NCBI GenBank assembly: GCA_031412575.1
Contig: JANODG010000088.1
Coordinates: 1-50,864 of the forward strand
Source of the DNA: Bdellovibrionales bacterium
GTDB lineage: Bacteria > Bdellovibrionota > Bdellovibrionia > Bdellovibrionales > UBA1609
DNA: 50,864 nucleotides
Direction: 5' to 3'
The translations under genes were made by a program, and so were the position numbers. The notes below the pieces were generated by a model. That model saw only the letters and a list, made by a program, of their open reading frames with translations. It did no database searches and was not told where the DNA came from. This document shows positions 45,372 to 50,864 of this stretch, piece by piece (position 1 is the first letter of the stretch; every line of letters starts with the position of its first letter).

Positions 45372-45806
45372 ATGGCTAATTCTATTGAAAAGATCCAAAG
45401 CGAAATCATTGAAGAGTTTTTAGGCCTCGAAAATTGGGAAATGCGTTACAAACATTTAATTCAACTTGGCAAAAAATTAGCGCCTATGGCTGAAACTGAC
45501 AAGACGGAAGACTTAAAAGTTAAAGGTTGTCAGTCCCAAGTGTGGCTAAAGGCTAATGTAACGCCCGAGGGTTTAGTTCACTTTCAAGCGGATAGTGATG
45601 CCTTGATTGTGAAAGGACTTGTGGCGTTACTTTTAAGGGTCTTTAGCGACCAAGCTCCTATGGCGATTCTTGAGGCAAAGCTTGATTTCATCGAAAAAAT
45701 TGAACTGAACCATCATTTATCAGCTAGTCGAACAAATGGCCTTAATAGTATGATTCAGCAAATTAGATACTACGCAAAAGCCTTTCATATGCTTTTAAAT
45801 CGATAG
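45372..45806 (+). CDS. sufE: SufE-type cysteine desulfuration (sulfur acceptor) protein
   Basis: 144 aa with the KVKGCQSQVWL active-site Cys motif and the N-terminal ...FLGLENWEMRYKHLIQLGKKL. Confidence 0.85.
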   Translation: MANSIEKIQSEIIEEFLGLENWEMRYKHLIQLGKKLAPMAETDKTEDLKVKGCQSQVWLKANVTPEGLVHFQADSDALIVKGLVALLLRVFSDQAPMAILEAKLDFIEKIELNHHLSASRTNGLNSMIQQIRYYAKAFHMLLNR

Positions 45807-45871
45807 CAGTGACTGAGGGCATTGATAGATTGCGCTCAATGATTAATAGATTTTTAAAAAGTAGGTGATTT

Positions 45872-46591
45872 ATGGGAAAACAGTGGAAAAAAGATTCTAA
45901 AGCAGACTCAGCCTCAAAGCGAGGAGCTCTGTTCACTAAATTTGTTAAAGAAATTCAAGTCGCGTCTAAACTGGGTGGCATTGATCCCAACACAAACATT
46001 CGCTTAAGACTCGCTATTGATGTTGCCAAAGCAGCATCTTGTCCTAAAGACACTATTGAAAAAGCCATTAAGCGCGGTGCTGGATTATTGGATGACGGCA
46101 AAGAGATCGAAAACTTAACTTACGAAGGTTACGGACCCCATCAAGTGGGCGTGATTATTGAGTGTCAGACCGACAATCGTGCGCGTACAGCTTCGGACAT
46201 GCGCTTGATTTTTAATAAGGGCGGAGGCCAACTGGGCGAGTCAGGTGCCGTCGGTTGGATGTTTGACCGCATTGGTTTATTGGAAGCCGAACGAAAGGGA
46301 ACTTTCGATTTAGATGAAGAAGCTATCGAAGCAGGGGCTAACGATGTGGAGTTGTTAGAAGAAAAAGCCGACAGCGTAAAGTCAGTGGCTTTTTACACAG
46401 CGTCTGATGAGCTTGCTTTGGTTAGAGATGTTTTGGTCGATCGAGGTTGGGACATTAAAGTGGCGGAACTTTCTTTTAAACCAAAAAATATCACTGACTT
46501 AAATGAAGAAAAGAAAAATGAAGTTTACGAGTTTTTAAATAAACTTGAAGATCATGATGATTCACATCGTGTTTATGCGACTGTTGAGTAG
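45872..46591 (+). CDS. yebC: YebC/PmpR-family transcriptional regulator
   Basis: 239 aa with N-terminal GKQWKKDSKADSASKRGALFTKFVKEI and YEGYGPHQVGVIIECQTDNRARTASD. Confidence 0.93.
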   Translation: MGKQWKKDSKADSASKRGALFTKFVKEIQVASKLGGIDPNTNIRLRLAIDVAKAASCPKDTIEKAIKRGAGLLDDGKEIENLTYEGYGPHQVGVIIECQTDNRARTASDMRLIFNKGGGQLGESGAVGWMFDRIGLLEAERKGTFDLDEEAIEAGANDVELLEEKADSVKSVAFYTASDELALVRDVLVDRGWDIKVAELSFKPKNITDLNEEKKNEVYEFLNKLEDHDDSHRVYATVE

Positions 46592-46655
46592 ATTTTCATC
46601 TGGCTCATAATATCATTACCAAAATAAATTACTAAAAAGTCTGCGCAAAAATTAT

Positions 46656-46690
46656 ATAAGTTCGTTAACCATGATGATTAACGAACTTAT
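46656..46690. terminator. 13-bp perfect hairpin between convergent yebC and serpin genes
   Basis: ATAAGTTCGTTAA / TTAACGAACTTAT with a 9-nt loop. There is no strong T-tract, so terminator function is uncertain. Confidence 0.45.
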
Positions 46691-46705
46691 TGGTATAAAT
46701 ACTAT

Positions 46706-47890
46706 TTAATTAGCAGGATTAAAAACTATACCTTCAAATACTCTTTCGTTGTTTTCATTATTACGAATCATATAAGAAAAAGGTCCATTGATTTTCATGG
46801 AAGTTACCATTGGAGCGCTAACTACTTCCATTCCTCCAATTGTTACTGCTGCGGCCTCTGCACCTTCTTCATTAACAATGATTTTAGCTTTCTGGAGAAT
46901 TTCAGAAATTTGAAGATTTTCGCTGGACATGTTTGATAATGCCCCAGCTGCGAATAAACTCGAAAGACCTACTTGATTTAATTTATCTTCGATACTCTTA
47001 ATTTCGGTCTCAATAGTAAATTTTGGAATTTCTAAAAAAAGATCTCCACCTAAATTACTTTTTTCAAGTTCGGAATTGGCTTTGGAATTAATAATATAAT
47101 CCTTAAAAATTCTTTGCAAACGCTTTCCAGATTTGTATGAAAATCCAGGATCTTGATAGTTTTCATCATCATAATCGTATTCTTTATACTGTGCGGGCAT
47201 TGCGATGATCATCGAATATTTGTCACCTTTAAATGGTAGCTCTAAAACTACAACTTTATCTTTTTCATTATACGCAAAATTGTAAGCTTCGCCAGACGTC
47301 ATAGTGTCGACTAAACCTGCGCCATGAAAATCCTTAGGCTCGGTTAAAGCTTCGTTAAATTTATCCTTCCATTCTCCTTTGAAATAAATGGCGTTTGCCA
47401 AGATAGTCGCTAAATCTGGGGTTACGAAATCTTGATTAATAACTTTTGTTATTAAATTATTTGTGTTGTCTGCGGCCCAAGAGTTTACGCTATCGACAAC
47501 TTCACTTTTATTATTCACGTCCATAATTTCCGGCACGACGGAAAATTTTGAAGACACATCTGAAATGTAGCTTGGAAGAAGATTGTATTTTTGATCGACC
47601 CAAATTTGATAGCCCACTAATACACTTACGCCAGGAGATTGCTCTTTTAATGCAGAGATATCTTTAGCTTTGTTTTCCAAAGATGTTCCATTCCAATAAG
47701 AAACCAATTCATTCTGTTGCTTCTGACCTAGGCCGAAGCTGATTAAAGATAATAAACCATCGACAGATGTGTTTGAAAAAACGTAATTTTCTTTTTGCTT
47801 TAATTTTTCGGCCATAACCGTTTCACTTAAGGTGTTGGCTTGGACTGCAGTACTTATAAATAATATGGCTACTAAATATTTAAAACTCAT
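46706..47890 (-). CDS. secreted serpin (serine protease inhibitor)
   Basis: 394 aa with a signal peptide. It has the NAIYFKGEWK serpin motif, the hinge/RCL EEGAEAAAVTIGGMEVVSAP, and a C-terminal ...F...I....G.V.NP pattern. Confidence 0.88.
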   Translation of the reverse strand: MSFKYLVAILFISTAVQANTLSETVMAEKLKQKENYVFSNTSVDGLLSLISFGLGQKQQNELVSYWNGTSLENKAKDISALKEQSPGVSVLVGYQIWVDQKYNLLPSYISDVSSKFSVVPEIMDVNNKSEVVDSVNSWAADNTNNLITKVINQDFVTPDLATILANAIYFKGEWKDKFNEALTEPKDFHGAGLVDTMTSGEAYNFAYNEKDKVVVLELPFKGDKYSMIIAMPAQYKEYDYDDENYQDPGFSYKSGKRLQRIFKDYIINSKANSELEKSNLGGDLFLEIPKFTIETEIKSIEDKLNQVGLSSLFAAGALSNMSSENLQISEILQKAKIIVNEEGAEAAAVTIGGMEVVSAPMVTSMKINGPFSYMIRNNENNERVFEGIVFNPAN

Positions 47891-47980
47891 AATTTTCTCC
47901 TTTTAGGTTTTGTTTATTAAAAGGACATTTATCAGCACGCTATAATTAACAGCAGTTAGTCTTGGTTAGTTTGTAAATAA

Positions 47981-48080
47981 GAAAAGTTCCAGCGAGCACT
48001 TGGGCGTGCGTACGGAAGTCCCAGCGAAGCGGACTGAACGGTAGCCGCCCGAAAAGCGCACGAGTGAACTAGACAGCGCC
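47981..48080 (+). repeat. GC-rich repeat, copy E (chimeric, with a nested 33-nt hairpin in the central loop)
   Basis: GAAAAGTTCCAGCGAG-CACTTGGGCGTGCG-[TACGGAAGTCCCAGCGAAGCGGACTGAACGGTA]-GCCGCCCGAAAAGCGCAC-GAGTGAACTAGACAGCGCC. The 5' half resembles copy B. The 3' half is identical to copy D. Confidence 0.85.
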
Positions 48081-48165
48081 GTCCGCAGGACGAAAAGTTC
48101 CAGCGAGGACTGGCAAGGGCGTGCGAAGCCGCCCGAGAAAGCCAATCCGAGTGAACTAGACAGCA
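48081..48165 (+). repeat. GC-rich repeat, copy F (tandem to E)
   Basis: GTCC-GCA-GGAC-GAAAAGTTCC-AGCGAG-GACTGGC-AA-GGGCGTGCGAAGCCGCCC-GAGAAA-GCCAATC-C-GAGTGAACTAGACAGC. Confidence 0.9.
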
Positions 48166-48179
48166 AGCCACACGCAAGC

Positions 48180-48896
48180 TTACCCCTGCGGCCAATCCCC
48201 CTTGATAGCCTTATCAAGAAGTTTATTAAGCCTCAACGCCTGCCTAAAATCTTCGATCACAGCATCACTAAACTTAGCTGAAGAAAAATTCTTCAATTTG
48301 ATCTCTTTCAAAACCACAAAGTTTTTTAATTTTATCCAAGCGATATCGGGGTGATCTTCAGAAAATCCTTTGGGAACTCGGCTAGCGGTATTGTCTATCG
48401 AAAACCCACTTTCAAAACGCGACTTAAATTCAGGATCTTTAAAAAGTTCATGAAAAGGTTCTGCATCTTCATTGATGGCTTCGCGGATTCGTCGGGTTTG
48501 CGGGGATGTGGGTTGCCATAAACCGCCAGCCAGCAAAATTTTTTGTTCTTCGTTCGGGAATAGTCCAAAGAATAAATGAGGATTACTTTCGAAGCGCGAT
48601 TTAGAAGGCCTAGATGCAATCATCGAAATCCAGTCTTTGTATTGAGGCTGTCCTCCTGCCACTTTAAAATCAGGACGTTTGATGCGGGCTAAGCCTTTGC
48701 TTGGAAAGTGATAATCGGGAGCTAAAGGCTTTAAAGCATTTTTAACTTTCTCAGCCAATTCAATAAAAGGTTTTTTTAAAACCTCTTCGTACTCTTCCAC
48801 ATTTTTATCTAACCAATCGGACTTTTTTTGTCGACCTGCTTTGACTAAAAAATCAAGAGAGGCTTTTGAAAATTTAAAAGATTTTGTTTTTGTCAT
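48180..48896 (-). CDS. DUF2461 (TIGR02453) family protein
   Basis: 238 aa. The N-terminal FSKASLDFLVKAGRQKKSDWLDKNVEEYEE and overall length match the DUF2461 pattern. Confidence 0.7.
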   Translation of the reverse strand: MTKTKSFKFSKASLDFLVKAGRQKKSDWLDKNVEEYEEVLKKPFIELAEKVKNALKPLAPDYHFPSKGLARIKRPDFKVAGGQPQYKDWISMIASRPSKSRFESNPHLFFGLFPNEEQKILLAGGLWQPTSPQTRRIREAINEDAEPFHELFKDPEFKSRFESGFSIDNTASRVPKGFSEDHPDIAWIKLKNFVVLKEIKLKNFSSAKFSDAVIEDFRQALRLNKLLDKAIKGDWPQG

Positions 48897-49257
48897 CTTT
48901 TAACATTCAGTTAAAATAAATTTTTTGTAAATATAAGTCTTTAAAAGATATGAATTTCCATATTTAGATTTTGCTTAAATCATCTTGGAAAGAAGATTTT
49001 TGAAACTAAACCAAATATAAATTATCTACATCCTTTAGTTTGAATGACAAAAATAAATATGAATAAAATTAATTTTTAAAATTATTGGTTGATTAAGCAG
49101 GTATTGATACTAGGTGAAGGGGGTATGTTTGTGTGTTGAACTTTTAGCTAAGTCACCAACATTTGGTCATTCTTAATTTACATTAATCACGCTAAATAAT
49201 TGAAATTACTTGATATTTTGATTTATTTTTTAGGTCATAGTATTGCAAGGCAAAAGC

Positions 49258-50169
49258 ATGAGTTTAAGCCTAAAAAAAGCCCTCAGTAGCTTTGCATTCC
49301 TCCTTGGGATAAAGCTTTTAGTCTTAAACTTCGCAAGCGCAGAAACTGCGGACTCGTACATCATTCCTACAGACTCACAAAGTGTGAGATCAAGAGCTGA
49401 GTACTCAATTTACCGCACCGGTGAATATCCAATCGGGGGCGCAACATCCGAAGAAATCACAATAGCTAAAAGAAGATTTCCAATGAACACCGTCGAAGGC
49501 CGTACAGAGCTGATTCAACTTTATCCAAGATTCAATACACGTGCTGGATTTTGCGGAAGCTATGTTTACTCTGGACCAGAAAACGTTGTTGAAGAATCAT
49601 TTGCCCACCCGGTAACTGCCTGTGTGATTACAAGACTTGCTGAAGAATGGAGAAAAAACTTCTGTCCGTCGAACAGACCATGCCGCCTTGAAATGGGAGA
49701 TATCGCACATCATACAGAGCCAGACTTTGATGGTCATAGCACTCATGATGATGGTTATTGTATTGATCTTAGACCAATAAAAACAGAAGGCGAGGGCGAG
49801 CGCGCTTTATCTAATCCTGATTACACCGGCGCATTAACCCATGAAGATCCAAATTATGATCAAGCAAAAACTAGACAGCTTTTAGGTTTAATTACACGTT
49901 TAGGTGGAGACACCTTAAAATCTAGTGACGAACAACCGGATACTTTAATATTTAATGATCCAGATTTAATTGAAGAAGGCATTGCAAGAAGAGCCGAAGA
50001 TCACGACAACCACATACATGTTTGTTTTCGTCCAGAAAATCCATTAGTTCAAAAATCATGTGCCGAATACACCCCAGACGAAAAATTATGTCCAACTGCT
50101 GGAGTTTTATTCAATCATCCAGTAATGTCTGATAAAGTAAAGGAGTTAAATGAAACTCTTAGCCAATAA
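49258..50169 (+). CDS. secreted LAS-superfamily zinc peptidase (MepA/M74-like murein endopeptidase candidate)
   Basis: Signal peptide ...FASA/ET. It has HSTHDDGYCIDL (H-x(n)-D) and the DHDNHIHVCF (HxH) metal-ligand pattern. The ORF is open from the TTG at 49243. Confidence 0.5.
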   Translation: MSLSLKKALSSFAFLLGIKLLVLNFASAETADSYIIPTDSQSVRSRAEYSIYRTGEYPIGGATSEEITIAKRRFPMNTVEGRTELIQLYPRFNTRAGFCGSYVYSGPENVVEESFAHPVTACVITRLAEEWRKNFCPSNRPCRLEMGDIAHHTEPDFDGHSTHDDGYCIDLRPIKTEGEGERALSNPDYTGALTHEDPNYDQAKTRQLLGLITRLGGDTLKSSDEQPDTLIFNDPDLIEEGIARRAEDHDNHIHVCFRPENPLVQKSCAEYTPDEKLCPTAGVLFNHPVMSDKVKELNETLSQ

Positions 50170-50725
50170 TCAAAACAAAAAAAATCATAAGGTCAAAGTA
50201 ATGATAGCACTTCTTCTAACACTACTACTTCAAACACCTTTTGCCTTAGCAAAACAGATCACTTCACCCACTTGTGATGGCGTGAAGGGCCTAAAAGTCT
50301 TTTCAGATTATACACCCGAAGGCACACCATTTATTCGTAAAGTCATTACCAATTTATTTAATGCCTTCGACGACGATCACAATTTCAATCATCTCATCAT
50401 TGACACAACAAAATTTAAATCAGGTAATATCGAAATTACTTTCGAAACCTTAAACAAAGAAAACAAACCCATCAAAAAAACAGTCTTAAAAAATTGGATC
50501 ACTGACAAAAAATTTCCAAATCAAAAAATTTCAAAAATTGCAGTTTCAAAAATCATAAAAAATAATCTTTCACAACTTCACGACAAATACATCAACCTCA
50601 CCAAAGAGCAAAAAGCCAACACAAACATGACCAAAATTCCATTCAACGGCAAATTCTATATATCTCAAAAAAACAAACCCGCGTTCTGCATCTTCGACTT
50701 CAAGTACGCCTACAAGTACCAATAA
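50150..50725 (+). CDS. hypothetical secreted protein
   Basis: 191 aa with an AAGGAG RBS 5 nt upstream. It overlaps the previous gene by 20 nt. The hydrophobic signal segment is MIALLLTLLLQTPFALA/KQ. Confidence 0.5.
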   Translation: MKLLANNQNKKNHKVKVMIALLLTLLLQTPFALAKQITSPTCDGVKGLKVFSDYTPEGTPFIRKVITNLFNAFDDDHNFNHLIIDTTKFKSGNIEITFETLNKENKPIKKTVLKNWITDKKFPNQKISKIAVSKIIKNNLSQLHDKYINLTKEQKANTNMTKIPFNGKFYISQKNKPAFCIFDFKYAYKYQ

Positions 50726-50864
50726 CAACCGCCCCAACAACCCAGCCGCCTCATTTAATTTAAACCCAAATTTTTAAATCCTTTATTCTTAAATATGAAA
50801 GTTTTATTTATCGTCAAAAATATTATTAAAAGGGATTTGCACTTCAAAAATAAGTTCGGCTTGG

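Noticed and set aside
27039-48165. Whether the repeats are integron attC sites or a CRISPR array.
   Set aside because: For attC, the GTT-containing box is at the 5' end and the AAC-containing box at the 3' end, the reverse of R''(RYYYAAC)...R'(GTTRRRY), and no IntI integrase is present. For CRISPR, the spacing is kilobases and irregular, the units differ in length, two copies abut with no spacer, and there are no cas genes.
50797-50864. ATG at 50797 opens a frame (MKVLFIVKNIIKRDLHFKNKFGL...) that runs off the window end.
   Set aside because: Only about 22 codons are visible and no clear RBS, which is insufficient to call a CDS.
1-50864. Searched by eye for tRNA/rRNA/tmRNA-like sequence, transposase/integrase/recombinase ORFs, phage structural genes, and restriction-modification or toxin-antitoxin pairs.
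   Set aside because: No ORF translation or sequence stretch showed the expected motifs. Absence is based on visual inspection only and should be confirmed with tRNAscan-SE, Infernal and HMM searches.

Overview
A 50.9-kb, AT-rich, densely coding bacterial chromosomal segment. I found no rRNA, tRNA, CRISPR array, transposase or integrase. I support 49 CDS.

Housekeeping content:
- An almost complete heme pathway sits in one roughly 12-kb locus (hemB, a short hemA, a long hemC, hemL, hemE, hemN, hemY, hemH). A histidine kinase/response regulator pair is embedded in it.
- Other recognisable genes are sodB, bcp, kynA, kynB, queG, cca, rpsD, sufE and yebC. There is also a creatininase / arginase-family / threonine-aldolase operon.

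From about 28.6 to 50.7 kb the window is an accessory-looking stretch of signal-peptide proteins. It includes an S8 protease, two S1 proteases, an SLT-like protein, a LAS-type peptidase, a serpin, and a soluble AAA+ ATPase fused to an FtsH-type M41 peptidase domain. This hydrolase-rich secretome, together with DUF3015/DUF4105/DUF481 proteins, suggests a Bdellovibrio-like or Oligoflexia-type organism. That is inference only.

The signal the gene calls do not explain is a family of GC-rich, multi-hairpin repeat elements, with at least 8 copies between 23.4 and 48.2 kb:
- Their stems change sequence between copies but keep pairing.
- One copy is inserted in-frame inside hemY.
- Two copies sit directly after, and may include, the TAG stop of unrelated genes.
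- One pair is tandem, chimeric and nested.
- A related hairpin module sits, inverted, at the centre of a 173-bp near-perfect palindrome that splits the heme locus.

Several strongly strand-skewed tracts (G-rich/C-poor or C-rich/G-poor) lie beside these elements. All family assignments come from motifs read by eye in the supplied translations. No database search was run.
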